A DNA stretch of 32,000 bases, taken from assembly GCA_031268795.1 (NCBI GenBank), contig JAIRWT010000008.1:106619-138618 (forward strand), given 5' to 3'. Under the pieces are notes generated by a model. The model had not been told where the DNA came from. It saw only the letters and a program-made list of their open reading frames with translations, and searched no databases. The position numbers and the translations under genes are program-made. Of this stretch, positions 9,110 to 17,698 are shown piece after piece. The number at the start of each line of letters is the position of its first letter. Position 1 is the stretch's first letter. Source of the DNA: Puniceicoccales bacterium (GTDB lineage Bacteria; Verrucomicrobiota; Verrucomicrobiia; Opitutales; JAIRLM01).

Positions 9110-10077
9110 CCCTCACCCTTTCCCACACGTGTGCTATATCGTTCCCGTTCTAAAAGCGCTCCAACTAAAAGCAATCCCAATGTGCCGATTACGCCAAGCA
9201 CCTGTTTCCATCCGCCAAAGGGATCTCCAAAGAAGATAATAGCAAGAATTACACCAAAAAGAATGGGCAAATTATTGCAAATGGCGAGTTCAGCAGAATT
9301 TACCCGCACCGATCCAAGATTCCACAGGTAATTTCCAAGACCACAACAAAACACGCCGAGAAACAGGAATTCGCCGACCACGTGTTTCCAGTGAAAGTGT
9401 AAGATCTCTATGGGCAATGGACGGAAGGCTACCGTTGGAATCAATGCAATGGATGCGCCCAAATAAAACCAGGCCATGGCGGAACTGTCCCTCATATGGA
9501 AGCGGTCATGCAACCGGCGATAAAGTAGTTGTCCTAAGACATAGCAGATGTTGCAGAGTTGTGAATATAAAATTCCCAGCCATGGAAACTGTTCCGTGCC
9601 GTCAATAACCATTGCCAGGCGAGTGAAAGCAAGCGAGAGCAGGGCAATAAAAAATTGTCTCACCGAAAATGTTCGCTGGAAAATTGTATTAAGTATGGGG
9701 ACATAGATTGCCGTTGTCGTGCTAAGCATGGCGACAGTTCCAGGAGAGAGGTATTGGTAGGAATACTGGGAAAAAAGGTACATGAGTCCAAGCTGAATGG
9801 CTCCAATGGTCATGCATTGTACGCGGATTCCGACCGTGTCGTGGCGAAAAAGCATTGGTGAAAACATCACCGCACCAAGGAGGACGAAGAAAAAACTCAT
9901 CCATTGTGGTGGTACAAAATGAACTATGTCCGCGTTGATGCCATAGGAAAATCCCCATAGTAATGCCGTAATCAGCAGAAAAATCACAAAAGCATCCTCC
10001 CGCGTGCGTCCGAGACACACAACGCCTATTTTGCAGCGATTCGCGTATTGCCAACAAAAAACTTGATTTTCAGACAT
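9076..10077 (-). CDS. EamA/DMT-family multi-pass membrane transporter
   Basis: 333 aa, roughly ten hydrophobic helices in two similar halves, with a hydrophilic C-tail. ATG at 10077. The 3' end overlaps the ABC gene start by 34 nt. Confidence 0.6.
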   Translation of the reverse strand: MSENQVFCWQYANRCKIGVVCLGRTREDAFVIFLLITALLWGFSYGINADIVHFVPPQWMSFFFVLLGAVMFSPMLFRHDTVGIRVQCMTIGAIQLGLMYLFSQYSYQYLSPGTVAMLSTTTAIYVPILNTIFQRTFSVRQFFIALLSLAFTRLAMVIDGTEQFPWLGILYSQLCNICYVLGQLLYRRLHDRFHMRDSSAMAWFYLGASIALIPTVAFRPLPIEILHFHWKHVVGEFLFLGVFCCGLGNYLWNLGSVRVNSAELAICNNLPILFGVILAIIFFGDPFGGWKQVLGVIGTLGLLLVGALLERERYSTRVGKGEGCEKKSVIAPY

Positions 10078-10174
10078 TGAATAATTCTCGAAAATTTTTA
10101 TTATTTTGCTGATTGTCGTGAGTCAAAGCCGGCTGGACATGCGGATACGACATGGGTTACTTTAGTTTCCACGC

Positions 10175-10981
10175 ATGGACGAGCAGTGCCTTGGTTGGAA
10201 ATTTTGGTGGATGTTCACCCAGCTATTTATTGGATGCATATGTATTTTTTTCCGATGGACTCATAGGTTACGTGCGGAATATGCGCAACCGCTTGGCGCG
10301 TGGGAGACATCAAATTTTAACTTCATTATCTTTTTGTGGTTCTCCGGAATGTTTGTTCTCGGACTGATTCCGCGGCCAACATTTGACGGGAAACACACAG
10401 AGTATATCGTTGAATGTATTTATCAGGGAATATTCTTGGCACTATTGACTTTTTTTATTCGACGAAAAGTCTTCAATTACGCCATCAAATTTAGTAATAA
10501 ACCAATAACTTTCGGAAAATTGATCAAAGTTTCCGCTTTTTCTCACTTCTACCTCGCGCCACTTGTCTTTGCCATATCTGCCGTTTGGACTTTGTTTCTT
10601 ACATTTATCAATCAAATTGGATTTTCCATTTCCCTAGAACGGCAGGAACTTTTGCTTCTATTGGAAGATAATCCACCTTCGGCCTGGGCCGTTCCGATCA
10701 TATTTACTGCGGTTGCCATCGCTCCGGCATGCGAGGAACTTATTTTTCGAGGTGGAATTTATCGCTTTCTTAGAGGGAAAACATCTCCAATATTTGCCAC
10801 ACTATTAACCGGAGCAATTTTTGCACTGCTTCATTGGAACTGGAGCGCTTTCCTTCCATTATTTTTCTTGAGCATTTTTCTTACGCACCTTTACGAGCGA
10901 GAGGGATCACTTCATGTGCCAATTATCGTCCACGGACTGCTGAATGCGAACAGCATCGTACTCGCATTGCTACCTGACTAA
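10175..10981 (+). CDS. CPBP (CAAX/Abi) family intramembrane protease
   Basis: Multi-TM protein with family motifs ACEELIFRGG (EExxxR), FALLHWN (FxxxH) and IIVHGLLNAN (HxxxN). Confidence 0.8.
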   Translation: MDEQCLGWKFWWMFTQLFIGCICIFFRWTHRLRAEYAQPLGAWETSNFNFIIFLWFSGMFVLGLIPRPTFDGKHTEYIVECIYQGIFLALLTFFIRRKVFNYAIKFSNKPITFGKLIKVSAFSHFYLAPLVFAISAVWTLFLTFINQIGFSISLERQELLLLLEDNPPSAWAVPIIFTAVAIAPACEELIFRGGIYRFLRGKTSPIFATLLTGAIFALLHWNWSAFLPLFFLSIFLTHLYEREGSLHVPIIVHGLLNANSIVLALLPD

Positions 10982-10998
10982 ATTTGTGCTTCCCGTAA

Positions 10999-12231
10999 GT
11001 GGCGGACATCTTAAGCATGGTGTCAGTGCTTAAATGTTTATTAGCCCGGTTGCGAAAACGACGAGAACGCACTGCGGCGCGAAATTTGCTTTCACATGCG
11101 CAAAGGGTCCTCAACTATCGGCGCGGACAACTTCCGGCGGAACAGGAGGAAATTTTGTCCTCCCATGTGGCGATTTTAAAAAAAAATTGGCGCTCTATTC
11201 CAGCCGAGCGCATGGAAAAAATTCGCGAACATCTGATTGCCGTGGGCGGGAACATATACCCCATGTGCCATTGGACGGATGCCGTTGAGGCATTTTTAAT
11301 GGCGATTATCGTTGCCGTTGGTTTTCGCGCTTTTTTCGTGCAAACATTTACCATTCCAACGAATTCCATGCTCCCATCATACCATGGAATGACTGCGGAA
11401 CTTTTCAATGGTAGCGATCACGGTTTTTTAGGCAGCTTCATTCGCGGTATTACACATTATGCACCAAAAACGCAAAGCGGTGGCCGAGTATTTATTCCAC
11501 TCAATGGTCGCGCGGAAGCAAGTAGGCATCATTCATTAGTTTTCTTCGAGCGCACATATAAACGATCACGCTTTTTTATTCCAAGACAGATTCGCCGCTA
11601 TCAATTATTGGTTGATGATGAGCCCATTCATATCGATGTTCCGGCGGAATTTGATTTGGAAAGTATTTTGATGGCACAATTTTGTCCTCGGGTGTCTTCG
11701 AAGAAAATTGCGAATGCCTTTGATGAATTTCCACTGGTCCATCGCAAAGGGCGAATTTTTTTGGATACCGGAATTAACGTCATGCCAAATTCTCCGATAA
11801 TTACGTTTAATCTGCAAAGAGGGGACATATTATTCGTCGAAAGATTGTCGCGGCACTTTTCCCCGCCGAAGCGGGGCGACGCCGTTATATTCGCCGCATG
11901 GCAAATTGCTGGACTGAAAAGGGACAATCGTTATTATATTAAACGCCTGGTTGGCTGGCCGGGCGATATCTTATCCATCCGCGACGGAAAACTTTTGCGG
12001 GACGAAATTTTGGCTAACGATTCTCGGGCGATGGAAAAAAATAATGAAAAAGGCGAATATTTTCCCTATGGTTTGCTGAACGGGAAAAGTTCCACGGTCC
12101 CGGACGGACATTTTTTTGTTATGGGGGATAATTCAGCCAATAGCTACGATAGCCGTTTTTTTGGGTCAATTCCAAAGGCCGCTGTCATTGGCCGTCCACT
12201 GTGGATATTCTTTCCATGTCGCGACAAATGA
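10999..12231 (+). CDS. lepB: signal peptidase I with long N-terminal extension and internal insert
   Basis: S26 boxes: IPTNSMLPSYHG (catalytic Ser), GDILFVERLS, YIKRLVGWPGD (catalytic Lys) and GDNSANSYDSRFFG. The ORF starts at GTG 10999; the first ATG is at 11017. Confidence 0.9.
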   Translation: MADILSMVSVLKCLLARLRKRRERTAARNLLSHAQRVLNYRRGQLPAEQEEILSSHVAILKKNWRSIPAERMEKIREHLIAVGGNIYPMCHWTDAVEAFLMAIIVAVGFRAFFVQTFTIPTNSMLPSYHGMTAELFNGSDHGFLGSFIRGITHYAPKTQSGGRVFIPLNGRAEASRHHSLVFFERTYKRSRFFIPRQIRRYQLLVDDEPIHIDVPAEFDLESILMAQFCPRVSSKKIANAFDEFPLVHRKGRIFLDTGINVMPNSPIITFNLQRGDILFVERLSRHFSPPKRGDAVIFAAWQIAGLKRDNRYYIKRLVGWPGDILSIRDGKLLRDEILANDSRAMEKNNEKGEYFPYGLLNGKSSTVPDGHFFVMGDNSANSYDSRFFGSIPKAAVIGRPLWIFFPCRDK

Positions 12232-13487
12232 TAAATACGAGCAAAAACCAATTTTTGAAATCAAAGCCGACGCGAATTGGTATCATTGGATCGGGTGTAA
12301 CCGGTCGAGCTGTTGCTCAGTTTTGCCATGAATGCGATATCCATACATGCTCCTTCGATGACGAACATAGTCCAAATTGTGAGTTAAGTGATTGCACATA
12401 TATAGTTTATAGTCCTGGCGCCATCAATTCGCCGTTTTTGCGCGAAGCCAGACGGGCTGGTATTTTTTGTATGAACGATTTGGATTTTGCGCAAAATTTT
12501 TACGAAAATCGGACCATTGCCGTAACGGGGACAAATGGGAAAACATCCACGGCGGAGATGCTCCACCACATTTTAAAAAAATTCCATATCCCGTCGCTGC
12601 TAACGGGGAACATAGGAATTCCGCCCATTTCTCGCATACGGCAATTTAACGGAAACCCGGAAATGTGGAATATTTGCGAGGTCAGCTCGTTCCAGGCACA
12701 AGATTTAACAATTTTTCATCCGGACTATGGCCTGTGGACCAATTTTTCCCATAACCACATGGATGTGCATGGAACTTTGGAGGATTACTTTTGGGCCAAG
12801 TGGAATCTGATGCGACGGGTCCGCGAGGCCGCGATAGTTAATGCGTCCGTGTTTCGCTGGCCATTCGCCGGGAATCTTTCGCTGGATCGAATTTTTACTG
12901 TTCGGGATGAGAAAATACCCGAAACCGTACTTTCGTGTGCGCATCAAATGTGCAATTTCCTCCTTATCCGTGCGTTGCTTGAAAAAATCATCCCCAATCA
13001 GCCGATTGATCCGCATCTGTTGAAAGATTTTCATTTTCCACCCCATCGATTGCATGTCTGTGGAACGGCTGGAAATTTGACCTTTTGGAATGATTCCAAG
13101 GCTACGAATTCTGCCGCGGTAAGGGCAGCTATTGCACATGTGAAAAAATTTTGCGATCATCTCGTTTGGATCACCTGTGGCAGATCAAAAGGGGAGCCTA
13201 TGAAAAACTTTCGACACGTTGTTGATGCTTCCGATATGGTACTGGTTATGGGAGAGGTTGGAGGATTTTTTTTGACGAGTTTTCCATTGTCGAAAGTACG
13301 CCATTGCCAAGATGACGGAGCTCTAATTGAGCAAATTTATGCCTGCGTTAATGCCCATGCGCAAAAAAAATGCGCCATTTTACTGAGTCCCGGATTTTCA
13401 AGCTTTGATCGATTTCAAAATTACGAGAACCGCGGACACTGGTTTGAATGTATATCGGAACAGGTTATCCGTAGAATTGGGCGTTAG
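12228..13487 (+). CDS. murD: UDP-N-acetylmuramoylalanine--D-glutamate ligase
   Basis: N-terminal IGIIGSGVTGRA and Mur-ligase ATP site IAVTGTNGKTSTAEM, 419 aa. ATG 12228 overlaps the lepB stop codon (ATGA). Confidence 0.85.
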   Translation: MINTSKNQFLKSKPTRIGIIGSGVTGRAVAQFCHECDIHTCSFDDEHSPNCELSDCTYIVYSPGAINSPFLREARRAGIFCMNDLDFAQNFYENRTIAVTGTNGKTSTAEMLHHILKKFHIPSLLTGNIGIPPISRIRQFNGNPEMWNICEVSSFQAQDLTIFHPDYGLWTNFSHNHMDVHGTLEDYFWAKWNLMRRVREAAIVNASVFRWPFAGNLSLDRIFTVRDEKIPETVLSCAHQMCNFLLIRALLEKIIPNQPIDPHLLKDFHFPPHRLHVCGTAGNLTFWNDSKATNSAAVRAAIAHVKKFCDHLVWITCGRSKGEPMKNFRHVVDASDMVLVMGEVGGFFLTSFPLSKVRHCQDDGALIEQIYACVNAHAQKKCAILLSPGFSSFDRFQNYENRGHWFECISEQVIRRIGR

Positions 13488-13642
13488 GGCACGGCACTTG
13501 CGACAATTTAACCGTCCTCAATGTTTCGCAGATTAAAAGACTATGAACACGTATTCTCGCTTTTTGTCAAAACGGACATCATTTACTTGGATTGATATAC
13601 TTTGCCTCGTTGCCGAGGCGCTTTACTAATACGTAACATGCC

Positions 13643-13948
13643 CTAGATTTGCGATTTTACCTCGCCCTTAGCAATAAGCTCAAAATACGTAATCTCGTCC
13701 TCGCGTACCATTGCTAAACTGCCGCAAGACTCCCTAATTTGGCACAGCAAAGCTGTTACGGCCGTAAAACACATTAATGCGTCATATGGAATAGCCAACA
13801 CCTTAAAAGAAACATCGTAGCTTTTTGTTCTCACTCTCGCATAATATGCGGTACCACCCTTGTAATCATCGCCCAATTTTTTGGCCATAATACCACCTGG
13901 TCGGACTGGCAAAAATCTTATATTTAATTCATCAAAATCCAATGACAT
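13643..13948 (-). CDS. hypothetical small soluble protein (101 aa)
   Basis: ORF from ATG 13948 (the GTG at 13966 is an alternative). No TM segment and no recognisable motif. Divergent from the 186-aa gene. No obvious SD. Confidence 0.45.
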   Translation of the reverse strand: MSLDFDELNIRFLPVRPGGIMAKKLGDDYKGGTAYYARVRTKSYDVSFKVLAIPYDALMCFTAVTALLCQIRESCGSLAMVREDEITYFELIAKGEVKSQI

Positions 13949-14144
13949 AGAGATACTTTTGCGCACAAAAGGAAGCAGCGCAAAAAGAAAATCAACTTAC
14001 GCCGAAATTTTACATTCGCAAAAAATTTAATATAACCCTACTTTGTTAGCGCGATGCTTTCGCTTATTCTCACATGTTAGGTGTAATGCTTCCTCAAACA
14101 GCAGGCGCCCAAGATAATCCAGATGTGGCGGGATTGAAAACAGC

Positions 14145-14705
14145 GTGGAGTCTTATGATTACCAGACGGATAAACTCACTGCGGCACTTAAAGGACATGA
14201 TGGGGCGGCTGTTTATTATAATTCAAAAGGAGTCCGCTGTTTTGCCGGTCCAGTTCCAGCAGGAGATAATTTAAAAAAGATAACCGATGATGTTGTTGTT
14301 GTGCGTTTGGGCGCTGGGCATTCAGGAGCAAGCATGCTATGGTTTGTCAAGGATGAGAAATATGTCAGCTTGGCAAAGGAGATTAATTATAGGCTTGTTG
14401 GGAGTCATAGGACAACCTTTCGATGTCTCATTGGCGTTGAAATGGAAGCCGTAGCCTTTGACGCGATGCCGCCTCCGGAGCCGTGGTCACAGCATGTTTT
14501 AGCTAAAATCGGTGATGGAGGATTTGCTTCCGCTGTCATGTCCATTTGTGCGCTGGTTACGTTCTTTGCCAATGCAATGTTTTCCGGTGCGACGAGTTGG
14601 GCTCCGCTTGGTGTGTCGTTGGTACTGCTCATTGCTGGACTTATTATTGGCGCCGGAAGTCGTTTTTTGTATCGGCAAATGGTGGCTCCGGAAACTGGAG
14701 CTTGA
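14145..14705 (+). CDS. hypothetical membrane protein (186 aa) with C-terminal paired TM helices
   Basis: GTG start only (no in-frame ATG near the 5' end). Soluble domain of about 125 aa, then FASAVMSICALVTFFANAMF, a 7-aa loop, and LGVSLVLLIAGLIIGAGS. Confidence 0.55.
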   Translation: MESYDYQTDKLTAALKGHDGAAVYYNSKGVRCFAGPVPAGDNLKKITDDVVVVRLGAGHSGASMLWFVKDEKYVSLAKEINYRLVGSHRTTFRCLIGVEMEAVAFDAMPPPEPWSQHVLAKIGDGGFASAVMSICALVTFFANAMFSGATSWAPLGVSLVLLIAGLIIGAGSRFLYRQMVAPETGA

Positions 14706-14935
14706 TCATCGTAGCTTTTTAAGCTTCGGTTGATAAACTTGCGTTTTTCGAGTCTGCCCATCAGGCATTTTAGGCGGCCCTTAAATTTCGCATTTTAAAC
14801 CCCGGTTGCAAAGATGGCTTCTAGGGCGCGCACTTGACTTATTTCGCGAGCGCGTTACAAGTCTTCACGGTGGCTAACCCGGCTTGTAAGTTTGATAAAA
14901 TAATATCTAATCGCGAATCATCGGTGCGAAGATTT

Positions 14936-15205
14936 ATGATGAACGTATTCCCGCATATTTCGACAGTCATGCTTGCTGCAAGTTGTTTATGTGCAGCAGT
15001 TGGATACAGCAAATGTTATTACATCTTCACGGGTGGCAGTTTCGATACAGCGGCACAAATGATCCTATTCCATTGGATCGGCGGCGCAATCCTCCTTGCG
15101 TGTGGCCCAATGGCGGTAAGCGCAATTCAGTCTTTTTATCTCAATTATATATGTGAGCGAAATATGAAAATTGCTTTCTGGAGGGAAAAGAAAACTACCA
15201 CCTGA
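14936..15205 (+). CDS. hypothetical small 2-TM membrane protein (89 aa)
   Basis: ATG 14936 (the ORF track starts at TTG 14834). Two hydrophobic helices, ISTVMLAASCLCAAVGY and MILFHWIGGAILLACGPMAVSAI. Confidence 0.45.
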   Translation: MMNVFPHISTVMLAASCLCAAVGYSKCYYIFTGGSFDTAAQMILFHWIGGAILLACGPMAVSAIQSFYLNYICERNMKIAFWREKKTTT

Positions 15206-15247
15206 TGATTTTCATATGTAACAAATCAAACAATGAACCAGCTCGGT

Positions 15248-15805
15248 TTATTTTTTAGCCGTCGTTGCATCCGCCAAAAGGCCACCACCCGTACCACCAA
15301 CAGCTGCCCCTATTCCAATGCCAAGCGCTACGCCTACGGGACCGCCCAAAAGTCCAACGGCACAACCAATTCCGGCGCCGGACAATCCACCAGTAAATAT
15401 TCCACCGCCAACCCGTACATTGCGACAACCCCTATCGTAGGCTTCGTTGGCGGCCCTTGTGTCCGCTGCCACCTGATACTTGCAACACTCATCATTATAA
15501 ACCGCCAGCTCATTATTAACACACTGCAATATTACTCCTATCAGTCCTGCATAGCACTCAAACTCATCCGCCAACAATAATTGCGACAAGGCCAATTGTA
15601 CCGCATTTCCTTGTCCGCGTTGCCTTACGGCCAAGCTTGCGTAACCGTGCGCCAATGCCACCTGCGTGGGCTCCGGCAGCCTACTAATTTTAGCGAGTGC
15701 ATCCCTAAGCACCAAAGTTCTGCCGTTAATATTCTCCAAGGTCATACTCTCCATCGATACCGACATAGTGATGTCATTCGCGTATTTAAGGTGGTGGAAA
15801 TTCAA
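15248..15805 (-). CDS. hypothetical protein with C-terminal glycine-zipper membrane segment
   Basis: Helical Cys-containing N-domain, then VGGGIFTGGLSGAGIGCAVGLLGGPVGVALGIGIGAAVGGTGGG (repeated GxxxG). The maximal ORF starts at TTG 15805; in-frame ATGs at 15766, 15754 and 15745 are alternative starts. No signal peptide or lipobox. Confidence 0.6.
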   Translation of the reverse strand: MNFHHLKYANDITMSVSMESMTLENINGRTLVLRDALAKISRLPEPTQVALAHGYASLAVRQRGQGNAVQLALSQLLLADEFECYAGLIGVILQCVNNELAVYNDECCKYQVAADTRAANEAYDRGCRNVRVGGGIFTGGLSGAGIGCAVGLLGGPVGVALGIGIGAAVGGTGGGLLADATTAKK

Positions 15806-15846
15806 GTTCGCCCAAAGTGATTACGGATTTTTCTGCTATGTAAGAA

Positions 15847-15855
15847 ATTATAACA
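15847..15855 (-). promoter_or_regulatory. extended -10 promoter element upstream of the glycine-zipper gene
   Basis: The minus strand reads TGTTATAAT (TGn + consensus TATAAT) in the 76-nt gap between the ftsQ stop and the downstream ORF. There is no good -35, which an extended -10 can tolerate. Confidence 0.35.
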
Positions 15856-15881
15856 CTTGCTCGCCGTGCTGCGTGGTAAAA

Positions 15882-16769
15882 CTAGACGTCACCCGTCTGC
15901 TGGCGCCGATTGGAAATAAGTGGTTTTACGTAGGCGCGGTCATGAACGGTGAGATCAATCCGCTGCAGCGGCAATTGGTGACGCTTACGTGCATCATTAA
16001 GAATGTATTCCAATTTTTCCAGCTGTGGCGCAATGGATTCATTTTTGAAAAGTATGCAGCGGACTTCCTCGGTGCGCACTTCAATGAACGGCAAATGTCC
16101 CATTAAATTATATGCCTGCTCATCGACAACGGCCATGCGCCACTTTTTTACCAATTCGGGCGAGCACCGCCGTGCCTGGGTCCAGAAATTAAATAGATTC
16201 TTCGTCAATGGAATGCGCGTGCCGGGAGAGATGCGATTGATGTCCAATCCAAGGATATATGGAATATGGCTCAATTTGTCTTTCGTTGCGCCAATTTGTT
16301 CAAATGCACAGCCATCACCGTCCAACAGGTAAAATCCGCGCCCATCCGGCAGGCGAATTTTGAAAGCGGGCACACGTTCGCGAATGCGAACACGTAGCGT
16401 GCATGGATAAACGCGTTCAACGTCCACGTCAATTACCTGGGATGCCCGCATGAGGGCATTGCGGCAGGCCTGCACATCGACGGCATCGAGTTCCATTTCC
16501 TTCTGCAGCTGAAGAACTTTCAAAATCCACGTGCGATCGAGGCATCCATTGGTTGAAAATTCAATATTTTGTATGCGGTGGGAAACGGCGACGCGTCCGG
16601 CAATGGGCCGAATGGATAAAAAGACGAGAAAAAATAGCCCGGACATGAATAGAAAAAAAACAAACGGACTTATCCGTTTGTTTGACGGAGATCTGGTTTT
16701 TCTGGCTTCGGTTTTGGATGACTTCTTGGACGCTCTGGCGGCAGATTTTCTGGAAGCTTTAGTACTCAT
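15882..16769 (-). CDS. ftsQ: cell division protein FtsQ-like (POTRA domain)
   Basis: Basic cytoplasmic tail (MSTKASRKSAARASKKSSK...), a single TM (ISPFVFFLFMSGLFFLVFL), then a periplasmic POTRA-like region. Lies immediately after ddl, with ATG 16769 overlapping the ddl stop (ATGA). Confidence 0.65.
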   Translation of the reverse strand: MSTKASRKSAARASKKSSKTEARKTRSPSNKRISPFVFFLFMSGLFFLVFLSIRPIAGRVAVSHRIQNIEFSTNGCLDRTWILKVLQLQKEMELDAVDVQACRNALMRASQVIDVDVERVYPCTLRVRIRERVPAFKIRLPDGRGFYLLDGDGCAFEQIGATKDKLSHIPYILGLDINRISPGTRIPLTKNLFNFWTQARRCSPELVKKWRMAVVDEQAYNLMGHLPFIEVRTEEVRCILFKNESIAPQLEKLEYILNDARKRHQLPLQRIDLTVHDRAYVKPLISNRRQQTGDV

Positions 16770-17698
16770 TGTGATATCATGCGATCTAGTGCGGGAGCGA
16801 TGATTTTGCAAAGCACTTCATCGGGGCCCATGGATGCCCCAAGGGCGCTTTCCGGATAGAGACTTCCCTTGGTAAATCCGGGAACAGTATTTACCTCTAA
16901 AAAATAGATCTTGCCATCGTCGGCCATGAAAAAATCAATGCGGCACCAATCACGGCATGCGCAGGCATGAAAAATTTTCTGAGCATAATTTTTAATCATC
17001 AGCGTTAATTGTGCTCCAAGGGGTGCCGGACAAATATGCCTCGCCCCATGTGGGGTATACTTGGATTCGTAATCAAAAAATTCATGCATTGGTATGATTT
17101 CCAAAATAGCCAATGGTTCCCCGTGCAACATGCCGATGGTCAAGTCTTTTCCCGTGCAAAGTGGCTCAAGTAGCCATAAGCCAGCATCAATGGTTTGTAC
17201 GCGCGATTTCCAATCATCTTCGTTGCAAATGCAACTGCAACCAATGCTACTTCCCTTATCGCGAGGCTTAAGAAAGAGTTTAGAATTGCCCAACCGCTTA
17301 CATGCCTCAGAAAATGTGAAATTACTCCATTCGTCGCCGGAAAATGCAATTTCCGAAAGCACGGGGACGCAGCAATTCCACACACGCTTTTTGGCAGAAC
17401 TTTTGTCGATGGCGAGTTCCATGCTTTCCCGCCCGCCTCCAACGTAGATAAACCCACCGTCGTCGAGTAACCCTTGCAGTTGTCCATCCTCGCCAAAATT
17501 TCCATGGATCATTGGAAATATGAGTGAGGTTTCTGGATTTAATTCCGATGGAATTCTATTTTCATTGAGTTCAATCAATTGAATGGGATAGTACTTGGAG
17601 AGCAATTTAGCGACATGATGGCCGGAGCGAATGGAAACCTCCCGCTCGGGGCTAACGGCGCCGCACAAAATTATAATCTCAAATGTTTTCGAACCCAC
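16766..17698 (-). CDS. ddl: D-alanine--D-alanine ligase
   Basis: ATP-grasp ligase. N-terminus IIILCGAVSPEREVSIRSG, C-terminal FLEVNTVPGFT, 310 aa. GTG start overlapping the murB 3' end by 20 nt. Standalone, not fused to murC. Confidence 0.85.
   Translation of the reverse strand: MGSKTFEIIILCGAVSPEREVSIRSGHHVAKLLSKYYPIQLIELNENRIPSELNPETSLIFPMIHGNFGEDGQLQGLLDDGGFIYVGGGRESMELAIDKSSAKKRVWNCCVPVLSEIAFSGDEWSNFTFSEACKRLGNSKLFLKPRDKGSSIGCSCICNEDDWKSRVQTIDAGLWLLEPLCTGKDLTIGMLHGEPLAILEIIPMHEFFDYESKYTPHGARHICPAPLGAQLTLMIKNYAQKIFHACACRDWCRIDFFMADDGKIYFLEVNTVPGFTKGSLYPESALGASMGPDEVLCKIIAPALDRMISQ

Noticed and set aside
11178-11186. A9/A8/T9 homopolymer tracts inside lepB (11178-11186), ftsQ (16653-16660) and the GNAT (24661-24669) as phase-variation or frameshift sites
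   Set aside because: All three reading frames run through the tracts intact, and the tracts encode Lys/Phe runs consistent with the AAA/TTT codon preference seen throughout the window.
13604-13619. Hairpin GCCTCG-TTGC-CGAGGC downstream of murD as a terminator
   Set aside because: A 6-bp stem without a following T-run on either strand is insufficient for a confident intrinsic terminator call.
14074-14274. 66-aa ATG-initiated ORF overlapping the 5' end of the 186-aa gene; considered as a frameshifted true N-terminus
   Set aside because: There is no homopolymer or slippery site at the frame junction, and the peptide (MLGVMLPQTAGAQDNP...) is neither signal-peptide-like nor otherwise informative. 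The start ambiguity is noted under the 186-aa feature instead.
15233-15580. 115-aa plus-strand ORF antisense to the glycine-zipper gene
   Set aside because: It is shorter, with low-complexity T/N/S-rich composition typical of the antisense frame of Gly/Ala-rich coding sequence. The minus-strand ORF is longer, has a coherent domain layout and has a promoter-like element.
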